Below are positions 9,382-19,151 of a stretch of DNA of 64,000 nucleotides, in pieces. The stretch is taken from contig JAQWJE010000049.1 of the NCBI GenBank assembly GCA_029248525.1, forward strand, positions 386,535-450,534. Direction: 5' to 3'. The notes below the pieces were generated by a model. The model was not told where the DNA came from. It searched no databases and was given only the letters and a program-made list of their open reading frames with translations. The first letter of the stretch is position 1, and the number at the start of each line of letters is the position of its first letter. The DNA comes from Candidatus Binatia bacterium. Its GTDB lineage: Bacteria; Desulfobacterota; Binatia; UBA12015. The position numbers and the translations under genes were made by a program.

Positions 9382-10417
9382 GGGGTCGTCCGCCGGCGTT
9401 TTGGGTGCAGAAATCGTCCACCTTTTTCCATTCCGTAAAGAACCATTCGATTCGATCTTCTTCCTTCTCGGGCAGGTCAGCAACGGGTACCGACCAGAAT
9501 TTCGCATGCACGACCTTGTCCATCAGCATGCCGTTGGAGAACTCGCGGAAGCTGCGCACGCCGTCGAATCCGGTATGCGCGCAGAACACGATGGTCCCCG
9601 AGGGGTTTTCGTCGATGCAGGCCAAAGCGCCGCCGATTCGGGGCGGCAGGACGGATTTGAATTGCTGCGCGCGTCGTAACTTCTCCGGATCGCTCTCGGC
9701 TGCGAGCTTCTCGTGAAGGCGGTCGCGCGTGCGTTCGGAGAATCGAGTCCCTTCCGGATACAGAAGAATGCCATCGCCGATTTCGAGATGGCGGCTGAGT
9801 TCTCGCACCCGGGCTATTTCGCGGGCGGGGTCGCTGGAGCCGCGACGGATGAAGGTATTGGGCAGACGTTGTCCGTAAAGGTCAAGACAGGGGTCCCAGA
9901 GAAGGTCGCGTTTCATCACGTAGCGGAGGAGAATATCATAGGGCCCGGAAACGAGCGCCACGGGGAGAACCGTGTCTGCGGTCGAGGAGTGTCGCAGAAA
10001 AACGAGCACAGGGCCGTCGCTTCGCGCTCGCGTAATCGCCTCGGTGCCCTCAAGGCGCACGCGGAGATGGAAGAGGGCACGGCCAGTTCCGAAGAGCGCT
10101 CCCGCCCATTGTTGTTGCACCAGAAAGCATGCTCGGATGAATTGGCCGGCCGACAGGAGGCGAGTCGCCCGGAGGATCCAGAGGAAGAAGCCGACCAGCA
10201 GCCCGAGGATTTCGCACCAGAGGTAGACTGTCAGAAATACGAGTGTTCGGGTAAATATGAAGCGATTGCGGCAGACCAGATCCACGCCAACCGCGATCAG
10301 CGCCAGCAGGGGCAGAACGGCCGACACAAAGGCCGTCATCAGGACATATGCCGGAAATGTCATCAGGCGACGTTTCCAGCGCTCCAGAAGGCTCTCCTGT
10401 TCGCGGGGCTGGTCCAT
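9374..10417 (-). CDS. Lysophospholipid acyltransferase (PlsC-family, 1-acyl-sn-glycerol-3-phosphate acyltransferase-like)
   Basis: HSSTAD (Hx4D) and YPEGTR motifs diagnostic of PlsC/LPLAT family. N-terminal TM helix. Start at Met 10417 chosen so as to leave a divergent intergenic region. Alternatives are 10363 or 10549. Confidence 0.65.
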   Translation of the reverse strand: MDQPREQESLLERWKRRLMTFPAYVLMTAFVSAVLPLLALIAVGVDLVCRNRFIFTRTLVFLTVYLWCEILGLLVGFFLWILRATRLLSAGQFIRACFLVQQQWAGALFGTGRALFHLRVRLEGTEAITRARSDGPVLVFLRHSSTADTVLPVALVSGPYDILLRYVMKRDLLWDPCLDLYGQRLPNTFIRRGSSDPAREIARVRELSRHLEIGDGILLYPEGTRFSERTRDRLHEKLAAESDPEKLRRAQQFKSVLPPRIGGALACIDENPSGTIVFCAHTGFDGVRSFREFSNGMLMDKVVHAKFWSVPVADLPEKEEDRIEWFFTEWKKVDDFCTQNAGGRPHD

Positions 10418-10551
10418 CAAGCGCTGGGCTTCCCGGGCCAAAGCTGAAGGTTGTCGATGTTGTGGGCGAAGGTAAGAGCCATTGGATCCAAAAGAATATA
10501 TAGTGGTCCGCAGGGGGTGTCGACAGGGCCCCGAGCAAGGAGACGACAAGC

Positions 10552-11418
10552 ATGCAGGGTTATTTGGGGATTCTGATCATTCTGGTGTTGGGATCGGGAT
10601 TGGCATGGGCCGGGAGCCAGGGAAGCGGTGCGGCATTCGGAATTCCGGTATTCGCAATATGCGCTGCCGTCGCCTTCGGTCTGAATTGGCTGATCTTTGT
10701 GCACGCCTGGCGGCGTCAAACCGAGGTGTATTTTGATCTCTCGGGTTCGTGCACATATTTGCTGGTCATCGCGCTGGCTGTCGCTCTTTCTCCGGAGGTC
10801 GGTCTGCGGGGCTGGTTGCTCGCGTCGATGGTGGTGGTCTGGGCTGTGCGGTTGGGATCCTTCCTCTTCGTGCGAGTGCGCCGGGACGGGGGCGATGGGC
10901 GCTTTGATTCCATCAAACCGAATTTCTCCCGATTTCTGTTTGCCTGGACGCTCCAGGGACTCTGGGTTCTGCTGACCGCGGCATGCGCTCTGGCCGCGAT
11001 CACGGGCAGCTCGGCGCCTGCGATCGGCATCGTTGGTGCGCTCGGTGTGTTGCTCTGGGTCCTGGGTTTTTCGATCGAGGTGATTGCCGATCGACAAAAA
11101 ACAGCCTTTCGCCAACGCGAGGAGAACCGGGGGCAGTTTATCACGGGCGGGCTATGGTCGTGGTCGAGGCACCCGAACTACGTGGGAGAGATCCTCTTGT
11201 GGGTGGGAGTCGCGTGCCTCGCTCTGCCGGCTCTCGAGGGTTGGAGTTATCTGATGCTCATCTCGCCGGTGTTTGTGTACGTGCTTCTGTCCCGAATCAG
11301 CGGTGTACCGATGCTCGAGGCGCGAGGGCTCAAGAAATGGGGCGAAGACGCGTCTTATCGCGAGCACCTCGAGAAGACCCCCGTACTCTTCCCCTGGCCG
11401 CGGGCAAGCGGCGAGTAG
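10552..11418 (+). CDS. DUF1295 / steroid 5-alpha-reductase-like membrane protein
   Basis: Polytopic membrane protein with WSWSRHPNYVGE motif typical of the DUF1295/ICMT/5-alpha-reductase superfamily. 288 aa. Confidence 0.6.
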   Translation: MQGYLGILIILVLGSGLAWAGSQGSGAAFGIPVFAICAAVAFGLNWLIFVHAWRRQTEVYFDLSGSCTYLLVIALAVALSPEVGLRGWLLASMVVVWAVRLGSFLFVRVRRDGGDGRFDSIKPNFSRFLFAWTLQGLWVLLTAACALAAITGSSAPAIGIVGALGVLLWVLGFSIEVIADRQKTAFRQREENRGQFITGGLWSWSRHPNYVGEILLWVGVACLALPALEGWSYLMLISPVFVYVLLSRISGVPMLEARGLKKWGEDASYREHLEKTPVLFPWPRASGE

Positions 11419-11436
11419 CCGAGGGGGCGTTGTCGA

Positions 11437-11853
11437 TCAGCTTTTCAGAGCGTCGCCCAGCCAGCCGACCATCATGGTGTACATCCCGGTCACGGCAGCC
11501 TCGGCCTCTTCTTCGGTCCCGGTCGGGTTGGCTTCACAGCTCCATTCGATCTGTGTTTGTCCACCGCCGAGGTCGGTCAGCTTCACCGTCGCGAGGTATT
11601 GGTCGAGGGGCAGAGGCAGATTGTTGGGAATCTCGTAGGAGAAGGTCTTTGCCTGCTCGTCAAAAGCGACCAAGGTCTCCTGAATCTCGGCCCCGGGAGC
11701 GCCAAAGAACCGGGACATGCCAACTCCTTCGCCTTCGACTCGGACGGAATCGCCGAGTCCCGGAACCCAGCTGACGTTGCCAAAATCTCCCAATACCGCC
11801 CAAACGGTGTCCAGGGGGAATTCCAATGTTTCCGTTACGCCAAATTTTCCCAT
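11437..11853 (-). CDS. SRPBCC-family (polyketide cyclase/dehydrase-like) protein
   Basis: ORF 11437..12033. Start moved to ATG at 11853 (MGKFGV...) preceded by GAGGAG RBS. Remaining sequence is SRPBCC-like. Confidence 0.5.
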   Translation of the reverse strand: MGKFGVTETLEFPLDTVWAVLGDFGNVSWVPGLGDSVRVEGEGVGMSRFFGAPGAEIQETLVAFDEQAKTFSYEIPNNLPLPLDQYLATVKLTDLGGGQTQIEWSCEANPTGTEEEAEAAVTGMYTMMVGWLGDALKS

Positions 11854-11967
11854 CTGCATCTCCTCACGAGCACCGGCCCGCATCCATCTATTCCAACCAG
11901 ATTCAGGTCGATTGCTCCAGTCCGGCTCTTCTGCTGGCTCGGGGACTTCTGGTAGACTGCGGGGAGA

Positions 11968-13005
11968 ATGGTCAATCCGATCGGAATCGGGGTTCTGGGG
12001 CTCGGCAAGCATGGGGAGCGTTATGTCGGTCATCTCGAACGGGATTTGCCGGGATTACGGGTCGTCGCCGTTTCTCGACGCGACGACCGTCAGGGAAGAT
12101 CGCGAGCTGCCAGTCTGGACGCCCACTATCACGCGGATGTCTGGGGGTTGGCTGCGGACCGGGCGGTAGATGCCGTAGTTTCGGTAGTTCCCCCCGCGTT
12201 GCACCCTGAGGTCGTCCGAGCCTGCGCGGCCGAAGGAAAGCCGCTCCTTCTCGAAAAACCCTTTGCCATACATGCCGAAGATGCGGCCTCGATGGCCGGG
12301 CAGATTCAGGATGCCGGAATCCCCGTGATGGTCGCCCAGACGCTGCGGTTCTCGTCGGCCGCCCGGCGGGCCCGCGATTGGTTGGGCGAGGTTGGATCTC
12401 TGCATCAGATCATTTTGGGCCAGAGCTTCGAGCCCTCCCGCCTGAGCTGGCTGGATGACCCCGAAATTTCCGGTGGTGGAAATATTCTTCATACCGGCAT
12501 CCATGAATTTGACCTGGCACGGTACCTCACCGGAGCGGAGGTTCTTGAGGTCCACTGTATGGCCGGACGTGTGGCGACGGAGAAAACTGAGGACAGCTTT
12601 GTGGCTTCTCTCTTCATGGGGGACGCTTCCGGTTGTCGGATTCTCGGGTCCGTGACCGCCTCTCGCGGCACGCGGAGTCGTTACGGTGAAATCCGCCTGA
12701 TCGGTTCGCGGGGGCAAATCTTCTGTGACCATGCCCTGCATCGGGCAATGTTGCTGCAGGAGGGCCGGGTGGTTGCCGAGGAGGTCCTGCCGGACATTCC
12801 GACCGTCCGAGAAGCTCTGGCCGCTTTCGAGAAAGTGGTTCGCGGGACGGAGCCGCCGCCGATTACGGTCGAGGATGGTTTACAGGCGGTAGGAATCGCA
12901 GATGCATGTTATCAATCTTTGCGAAGCGGTCGTCGAGTGACGTTACCGCAGGATCAGGAGAATACGAATGCCTATCTTCGTCATGCGCGGCCTCGACGGC
13001 CCTGA
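11968..13005 (+). CDS. Gfo/Idh/MocA-family oxidoreductase
   Basis: N-terminal IGIGVLGLGKHGERY Rossmann motif and EKP motif (LLLEKPFA) typical of Gfo/Idh/MocA. 345 aa. Confidence 0.7.
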   Translation: MVNPIGIGVLGLGKHGERYVGHLERDLPGLRVVAVSRRDDRQGRSRAASLDAHYHADVWGLAADRAVDAVVSVVPPALHPEVVRACAAEGKPLLLEKPFAIHAEDAASMAGQIQDAGIPVMVAQTLRFSSAARRARDWLGEVGSLHQIILGQSFEPSRLSWLDDPEISGGGNILHTGIHEFDLARYLTGAEVLEVHCMAGRVATEKTEDSFVASLFMGDASGCRILGSVTASRGTRSRYGEIRLIGSRGQIFCDHALHRAMLLQEGRVVAEEVLPDIPTVREALAAFEKVVRGTEPPPITVEDGLQAVGIADACYQSLRSGRRVTLPQDQENTNAYLRHARPRRP

Positions 13006-13261
13006 GGGCCTTGCGCGTCGGCCCGCGGTTCGTCCATCACACCTCGAACATTTGCGGGAGCTCGAAAGGTTGGCGAAAATCATGTTCGCCGGCCCGATTT
13101 TTGCCGAGGATGGCTCGACGCCGATTGGTTCGATCGTGATTTTCGAGTCCGATGATCTGACCACCGCGCAATCTTTTTGCGCCCGAGACCCCTATGTACT
13201 GGAAGGTGTCTTCGGTCAGTGGGATGTGAACGCTGCGATGCAGGTTTTTCCGGAGAACTAG
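12968..13261 (+). CDS. YciI-family protein
   Basis: 97 aa small protein resembling YCII-related domain proteins. Overlaps upstream gene end. Confidence 0.55.
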   Translation: MPIFVMRGLDGPEGLARRPAVRPSHLEHLRELERLAKIMFAGPIFAEDGSTPIGSIVIFESDDLTTAQSFCARDPYVLEGVFGQWDVNAAMQVFPEN

Positions 13262-13267
13262 GCGCCC

Positions 13268-14212
13268 ATGCTGATCGATACTGCCAAATCGGCTGATCAA
13301 AGACACCCCGCAGATGACGACATCGGCTTTTGCGAATCCCTCGGATTTCGCCTGGTGCAACCGGGCGAGACCATGGCCTTGATGGCCCGTTTCAACCAGC
13401 GACCGAACCAGGCGGTTATGGACGTCGGCATCGATATCCTGCTTCACGATGGTGGTTTTCTCGCAGCACGTCATGTGAATGCGATGGAAGGGCCGGACGC
13501 TGCATTGGAAATTCAGGGAGCGACCTTGTCTCTCGAGGGCGATATCTGGCGACTGAATTACGACGGCCCGGCGCATGCCCTCGACTCTTCCCGGAACGCC
13601 AATGACCATGAATTTTGGCATAAGAGCCGCCTCGAGCGATTAATTATCGAGTTGGAGTTTCATCCGGCAGGAGATCCTGTGCAATCCGATGCACAGCCGG
13701 GCAGCCTCGCGGCGGTTGTGGCGGCGCGCGGCGAAGTTTGGGTTTCCGGGGACCAGTATCTGGTGGAGGTCCCGGCTCTGCGCGATCGCACCTGGGGGAC
13801 GGCGTCCATTCCCAAAGCGCGCCGCCGCGTGGACGCCTGTTTTGCCGACGGGCGAGCGTTTGCTCTCGAGCGTCTCTGGACATCGGAGGGACCTCACCTG
13901 AGCGGCTGGCTACGTCTCGATGGAGAAACCCGAGAAATCATGAGCGGTCGAATCGAAACGGAACCGGAGACCGACCACCCCTACCCGAAGGCATTGGCTC
14001 TTTCGCTGGTTGATTCGGCGCGCCAGCGGCATCGTCTGACAGCGGAGGTCCTGCATACGGCCCCGTTGGTGGGGAGCACGAATAATATCAAGTACCTGTC
14101 CTGTCAGAGTCTGGCGATGTTCTCCTGGGACGACCACCAGGGGCATGGATTTGCCGAATATCTGCACTGTCTCGACGACGAAGGCCAGCCATTGATCCCC
14201 ATCGACGTTTGA
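13268..14212 (+). CDS. Hypothetical protein
   Basis: 314 aa, no motif recognised. Codon usage consistent with genome. Sits between yciI-like and padR-like genes. Confidence 0.4.
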   Translation: MLIDTAKSADQRHPADDDIGFCESLGFRLVQPGETMALMARFNQRPNQAVMDVGIDILLHDGGFLAARHVNAMEGPDAALEIQGATLSLEGDIWRLNYDGPAHALDSSRNANDHEFWHKSRLERLIIELEFHPAGDPVQSDAQPGSLAAVVAARGEVWVSGDQYLVEVPALRDRTWGTASIPKARRRVDACFADGRAFALERLWTSEGPHLSGWLRLDGETREIMSGRIETEPETDHPYPKALALSLVDSARQRHRLTAEVLHTAPLVGSTNNIKYLSCQSLAMFSWDDHQGHGFAEYLHCLDDEGQPLIPIDV

Positions 14213-14250
14213 TCGAATCGCCACACGGCCACCTGCACTCAGCACAATTT

Positions 14251-14275
14251 GTCGTAAGAATTTCTGGTCATCTCG
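14251..14275 (+). promoter_or_regulatory. Imperfect palindrome upstream of padR (candidate autoregulatory operator)
   Basis: GGTCATC-N6-GATGATC about 50-75 nt upstream of padR ATG. Confidence 0.2.
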
Positions 14276-14324
14276 CTGGATGATCGCATACGTATTCGGA
14301 GTTCCCTCAAACAGGAGGTGCTCC

Positions 14325-14993
14325 ATGTCCATCAAATACGCGATCCTGGCGTTGATTGTAGAGAAGCCCCAGCACGGCTACGCGGTGCGCAACGCGTTTG
14401 AAGCTCGATTGTCGGATGTCCGCGAAATTGGCTACGGGCAGGTCTATCAAGTTCTTGCCAGCCTGGAGAAGGACGGATTTGTGCGGGGGGTCAGTACCTC
14501 CGCAGGGATTCGCCGCATCGTCTACACGGCGACTCGGCGCGGACGGGCCGCACTGCGTGCATGGCTGTTTGGCTCGGGGTTGGAGCGTCGTGGTTTTCAG
14601 GACGACGTCTTCCTGCGACTTCTATTTGCGAGACCAGAGGAGGTGGAGGGAATGATTCGTTTCCTTGCCGGACAGATCTTGCAGGTAAAGGAGGATCTCA
14701 AAATTTTGCGCAGCCAACAGAGTGAACTCCTGCCAGCTTCAGAACCTGATATCCGCATGCGATGTGTCTACATCGAGGCCGAAGTCCTGCATCGGGAAGC
14801 CGATCTGGCGGCCCTTGGTCTGGCGGTTCAGGAAATCAATATCCTGTGGCCGCAGACGGGCCGGCGTCGAGTGCAGGCGGCCAAGGTGCCACCTTCTCGG
14901 GAAATCGTGCCCGAGCCCCCGGAGCAGGTTCTCACGGGGCGCAAGCAGGCTTCCATGTCCGGCGTCCGTCCGTGGAAATCTCATTTCGGCTGA
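14325..14993 (+). CDS. PadR-family transcriptional regulator (long form)
   Basis: MSIKYAILALIVEKPQHGYAV... winged-HTH typical of PadR. AGGAGG RBS 7 nt upstream of ATG at 14325. C-terminal extent uncertain. Confidence 0.65.
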   Translation: MSIKYAILALIVEKPQHGYAVRNAFEARLSDVREIGYGQVYQVLASLEKDGFVRGVSTSAGIRRIVYTATRRGRAALRAWLFGSGLERRGFQDDVFLRLLFARPEEVEGMIRFLAGQILQVKEDLKILRSQQSELLPASEPDIRMRCVYIEAEVLHREADLAALGLAVQEINILWPQTGRRRVQAAKVPPSREIVPEPPEQVLTGRKQASMSGVRPWKSHFG

Positions 14994-15273
14994 GCAGCTT
15001 CCATGGGATCACTCGCGGGAAGCGAGATTGCTTGTTCTGGACCAGAACGCCGTCGGGGCGAATCCCGAAAATCAGAAGTTCCGATTGGATGTCCATCGAG
15101 GTGTCGAGCGAGGTCTCCGGAGCTTTTTTTTCCGGGTTCGGCGTCAGGCGGAACCATACGCTTCCGGGCGGAAACGAGTCCTTGTCGAAGTTGGGGCAGG
15201 GACTGGAGGCCAGCGAAAGGGGCGCCGATCCCATAGTCAGAACGAGAAGGCCGATACCAAGCAGGATACGCAT
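14932..15273 (-). CDS. Possible small secreted protein
   Basis: Within ORF 14932..16086. Met at 15273 starts MRILLGIGLLVLTMGSAPLSLASS (signal-peptide-like). No clear RBS. Convergently overlaps padR 3' end by ~60 nt. Confidence 0.25.
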   Translation of the reverse strand: MRILLGIGLLVLTMGSAPLSLASSPCPNFDKDSFPPGSVWFRLTPNPEKKAPETSLDTSMDIQSELLIFGIRPDGVLVQNKQSRFPRVIPWKLLSRNEISTDGRRTWKPACAP

Positions 15274-15341
15274 GGTTTCTTGTCTACCCGGTGGCTGCTC
15301 CACATCCAACGGTTTGAAGATTTTGCGAGATACCCAGAGGT

Positions 15342-16676
15342 TCAGTCGGAGCGAGGTCGCTGGAGTCGTCGACGGATTTCCTCCTCGACCAACCAGAGTC
15401 GATCCTGACCCCAGATTGCAAAGTCCGGCTCGCCTTCGCTTCGGATGCGGTAGCTGGGTACCCCCCAGATACCGGCGGCAAGCATCTCCTCGCGATTCGC
15501 CTCCAGTTCCTTCTCCCAACCGGGATGGCTCAGGTGAGGGAGAGCTTCTTCCCAGGAGAGGCCGGCTTCTATCACTACCTGGCGTAATCCTTCGTTGGTG
15601 CCTGTATCGACCCCTCGGGCGAATGAGTTGGTCATGAAAGATGCCAGGTACTCGGCCGCTCGCCCCTGAGACTTGGCGAACGGGTAGAGCGAAAAGGCAC
15701 GCTCGACAGGTTCGCCGACTGGATCGAAGATATCGCCGAAGGGAAGTCCCTGTCGGGTGGCTTCCCGCTTGGTATCGCGCATGATGTAGAGTTGCTTGCT
15801 CAAGGGGACGGGCAGGCCACGCATGACCATCGGCAGGACGGGCTTGAGAACGAGTTTCACAGGAAGTTGTTGTGCCAATGCGTAGGTGCGCTCGGTGCTG
15901 ATTGCGGAATAGGGGCTTCGGAGAGACGGGAAATATTCCAGGACGATGGAAGCATCGGGCGCCTCGATGGATTCGCCGCTGATTTCTCGTGGTGGGATAA
16001 TGGGTCCGGCGTCGGACTCGGAGCGGAGGCCTTCGTCGCGAAGCCGTTCCTCCAGATAATGCAGACGATCGACTCCCCAGTACCATTCCCCCTCGAAGTA
16101 GAAGGTGGCACCATTATAGTGGCCCAGTTTTTGGCGACGCCTGGTTCCTGCCTTCCGGTCGGCGAGCATCTCCTCTTCGCTCGCTGTGGCGAATTCGTTG
16201 GCGAGATTGAGGATCTCGTCGCTGTCGTCGGCCCAGAGAGCCGCACCCACGCGGGGCGCGATTTCGCTGAATCGACCGGGCGCAAGGTTTGCTGCGAGAA
16301 TTTCGCTCGCGCGACGATGGTTTTCCGGGGAGGGCTGTTCGCCGAGGTCCGTAAAGGACAACCCGAGAGCGGGGGCGATGGCGGCCGCATCCATTCGCGC
16401 GTACGGAATCAACCGATCTCGATCGGCAGCGGCATTGTCGGAAGGGGCGTCGACGAGGTGAATTTTTAATTCGACCGTGTAGCGGCGGAGGAATTCGCCG
16501 AGAACCTGACATGCGAGGTGGGAATAGGGATCATCGACCTGATGAAAATATTCCACGCAACGTGCTTTGCCGGAGATTTTTCCGCGAAGGCGTGCGAGGG
16601 ATCTTCGTCGATCGCGCGTGCGGTCCGAGGTGATCGTACGCACGAATATATTCTGCAGGTTTCTTTTCAGCGACAT
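15342..16676 (-). CDS. DsbA-family protein with tandem 2-hydroxychromene-2-carboxylate isomerase-like (thioredoxin-fold) domains
   Basis: Two repeats of HCCA-isomerase/DsbA-like signature (YFHQVDDPYSHLA and LEYFPSLRSPYSAIS). Start at Met 16676 (MSLKRNL...). Confidence 0.55.
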   Translation of the reverse strand: MSLKRNLQNIFVRTITSDRTRDRRRSLARLRGKISGKARCVEYFHQVDDPYSHLACQVLGEFLRRYTVELKIHLVDAPSDNAAADRDRLIPYARMDAAAIAPALGLSFTDLGEQPSPENHRRASEILAANLAPGRFSEIAPRVGAALWADDSDEILNLANEFATASEEEMLADRKAGTRRRQKLGHYNGATFYFEGEWYWGVDRLHYLEERLRDEGLRSESDAGPIIPPREISGESIEAPDASIVLEYFPSLRSPYSAISTERTYALAQQLPVKLVLKPVLPMVMRGLPVPLSKQLYIMRDTKREATRQGLPFGDIFDPVGEPVERAFSLYPFAKSQGRAAEYLASFMTNSFARGVDTGTNEGLRQVVIEAGLSWEEALPHLSHPGWEKELEANREEMLAAGIWGVPSYRIRSEGEPDFAIWGQDRLWLVEEEIRRRLQRPRSD

Positions 16677-16740
16677 GGGGAGATCCTTTGCTCGGTAGCG
16701 AAGTTCCTTTGAAAGCAGATTCTCTGCTACATCTCGATCG

Positions 16741-17892
16741 ATGTCGATCGTCGCCAAATTCCGCGAACGGTTTGCCGCTCCGGCCGGGGTCTGGCGCGCC
16801 CCCGGCCGGGTCAATTTGATAGGCGAACACACGGACTATACCGGCGGCCTGGTCCTGCCGATCGCCTTGCCCTGGGAGACTCAGGTGGCGGCCGCCGCGC
16901 GTGCGGATGGGACTCTTCGCGTTTTTGCCGAGGCTTATCAGGAGACCGTCGAGTTCTCGCTGTCCACCATGCCCGAGCAACGGCAGGGACATTGGAGCGA
17001 CTATGTGCTGGGTGTGGCCCACCAATTGCGCCGGCGCAAGATGCTTTCGACAGGCGCTGATTTATTGATTGAGAGCACGCTTCCGCCCGGTGCAGGGCTT
17101 TCCTCCTCCGCAGCACTTGAAGTCGCTGTCGCGTCCGCACTGCTGAGCTTATCGGAGGAGACGCTCTCGAACCTCGAATTGGCCAAGCTCTGTCAGGAGG
17201 CGGAGGCCGGTTTCGTCGGCACAGCATGTGGGATCATGGATATGTTCGTGTCCATCACCGCGCGCGAAAGGCATGCCACGCTGATCGATTGCCAGCAGTT
17301 GACCTCACGGTTTGTGCCCTTGCCGGAGGATTTGACGATTCTGGTCGTGGACACCGGGGTCCGCCATCAGTTGGCTTCTGGTGAATATAACCAGCGCCGC
17401 GCTTCTTGCGAGGAAGGCCTCCGGCGCCTGCGGGCCGAGGGTCTGGCCCTTGTGGCGTTGGCGGATCTTCCGCTTGCTGACCTCGAGCGTCATGAGGCGG
17501 TTCTGGGAACGTTGCTCTATCGTCGTCTTCGACACGTGGTGTCGGAGAATGCACGAGTGCGAGCCACAGTAGCGGCGCTCGAAGCGGGGAACCTCGACGC
17601 GCTGCGACCATTATTTGCCCAGTCGCAGGCGAGCCTTCGCGACGATTATGAGGTGAGTTGCCCCGAGTTGGACCTCCTCTGCGAAATTGCGACCAATCAA
17701 CCCGGAGTTTTAGGGGCGCGCATGACAGGTGGTGGCTTTGGCGGATCGGTGGTGGTCCTTACACGTTCTCCGGGGGGCCTGGGGGACGCCATTCTCAAAG
17801 CCTATAGAGAGTCGGCAGGCCTTCCCGGATCTGTTCTCGAAGTTGTCGCCTCCCCGGGCGCCAGTCGATTGCCACTCACGGCAAAAAACTGA
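16741..17892 (+). CDS. galK: Galactokinase
   Basis: GRVNLIGEHTDYTGG galactokinase signature and GHMP kinase motif PPGAGLSSSAA. 383 aa. Confidence 0.85.
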   Translation: MSIVAKFRERFAAPAGVWRAPGRVNLIGEHTDYTGGLVLPIALPWETQVAAAARADGTLRVFAEAYQETVEFSLSTMPEQRQGHWSDYVLGVAHQLRRRKMLSTGADLLIESTLPPGAGLSSSAALEVAVASALLSLSEETLSNLELAKLCQEAEAGFVGTACGIMDMFVSITARERHATLIDCQQLTSRFVPLPEDLTILVVDTGVRHQLASGEYNQRRASCEEGLRRLRAEGLALVALADLPLADLERHEAVLGTLLYRRLRHVVSENARVRATVAALEAGNLDALRPLFAQSQASLRDDYEVSCPELDLLCEIATNQPGVLGARMTGGGFGGSVVVLTRSPGGLGDAILKAYRESAGLPGSVLEVVASPGASRLPLTAKN

Positions 17893-18048
17893 CGCTGCGA
17901 GCGAGACTTTCCTTCGTGAAAGCGAGGAAAATCAAGCCATTCTCGTGCGCGATCGATGGTCTGATATTTGCTCCCTATCTCCAGCACACCTGTTGTAAAC
18001 GGCGGCCCGACAATCGGGCCTGCATCGCAGGGGGCAAGGGAGATCGGG

Positions 18049-18171
18049 ATGAAAAAAGTGAAATTGGAAACGAAGCGTTTTCTTCGCCGCTGGACCGTAA
18101 CGGGGACTGTCCCGGTGACTCGAGTTGCCCTGCTGGGAATGGCATTTCTGGTCGGCATGGTCGCTGCCTAG
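18049..18171 (+). CDS. Possible small membrane peptide (40 aa)
   Basis: ATG at 18049 preceded by AGGGAGA RBS (5 nt spacer). MKKVKLETKRFLRRWTVTGTVPVTRVALLGMAFLVGMVAA with C-terminal hydrophobic helix. Atypically A/T-rich codons at the 5' end. Confidence 0.3.
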   Translation: MKKVKLETKRFLRRWTVTGTVPVTRVALLGMAFLVGMVAA

Positions 18172-18230
18172 TTCTCCGTCGGCTTGTAAATCATCTCGTG
18201 ATCTGGTGCATCCATCCCAGGGGGCACGGG

Positions 18231-19151
18231 ATGAAAATTGGTATCGGTATTGGAGAGCTTTCGGGGAAACCCGTTGACTTGTCGCAGGCAATTGAACAGG
18301 CCCGACAGGCCGAAGCTGATGGCTTCGCCTCGGCTTGGGCGCCGAATATCTTCGGGCTCGACGGGATCACCGTCTGTGCGCTCGCGGGGCAGGTCACCGA
18401 GCGTATCGAGTTGGGAACGGCGGTGGTGCCCTCCTATCCAAGGCACCCGACGACGATGGCGCAGCAGGCACTGACAGCCAACGCGGCCTGCCAGGGACGT
18501 TTCACTCTCGGGATCGGACTTTCCCATCCGATCGTGGTCGAGCAGATACTCGGAATGTCCTACGACAAACCGTTCAGCCATATGCGTGAGTACGTCGAGG
18601 CGATCGGGCCTCTCCTTCGCGGGGACGTTCTGGCCCACCAGGGGGAAGAGTTTCGCATTCAGGCACAACTGGGATTCCCCGGGAGTCAGCCGACCTCCCT
18701 GATGATTGCGGCACTGGCGCCCCGGATGCTGGGCCTGGCGGGTGCGCAAACCGATGGCACCATCACATGGATGACCGGTGTCAAAACGATTCGAGAACAT
18801 GTGGTGCCGAAGATCAATCAGGCCGCGGAAAAGTCGGGTCGGCCGGCGCCGAGGACCGTTTGTGGCCTGCCGATCGCGGTGTGCGATGACGTGGATCGAG
18901 CGCGGGCCATCGCGGCAAAACTGTTTGTGGTCTACGGCACATTGCCCTCCTACAAGGCAATGCTGGACCTCGAGGGTGTGGACAGCCCGGGGGGCGTTGC
19001 CCTGGTCGGGAACGAGGAGTCGCTGCGAGAGCAGTTGGGTTCGTTGGCCGAGGCCGGCGCTACGGATTTTCTGGCGGCACCCTTCCCGGCGGATGAGGAT
19101 AGCCAGGCGTCGATGGCGCGGACCCGGGAGTTTTTGAAGAGCCTTCTCTAG
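18231..19151 (+). CDS. LLM-class (luciferase-like monooxygenase family) oxidoreductase, probably F420- or flavin-dependent
   Basis: Start at ATG 18231 (MKIGIGIGE...). TIM-barrel LLM-like sequence. 306 aa. Confidence 0.65.
   Translation: MKIGIGIGELSGKPVDLSQAIEQARQAEADGFASAWAPNIFGLDGITVCALAGQVTERIELGTAVVPSYPRHPTTMAQQALTANAACQGRFTLGIGLSHPIVVEQILGMSYDKPFSHMREYVEAIGPLLRGDVLAHQGEEFRIQAQLGFPGSQPTSLMIAALAPRMLGLAGAQTDGTITWMTGVKTIREHVVPKINQAAEKSGRPAPRTVCGLPIAVCDDVDRARAIAAKLFVVYGTLPSYKAMLDLEGVDSPGGVALVGNEESLREQLGSLAEAGATDFLAAPFPADEDSQASMARTREFLKSLL

Noticed and set aside
10417-11115. 232-aa minus ORF and 10983..11774 plus ORF
   Set aside because: Overlap the DUF1295 membrane protein gene in other frames. 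Hydrophilic R/Q/D-rich junk translations.
14932-16086. 384-aa minus-strand ORF as a single gene
   Set aside because: Most of it is an out-of-frame overlap of the DsbA-like gene with R/P-rich translation. Only the last 113 codons (signal-peptide ORF) kept as low-confidence feature.
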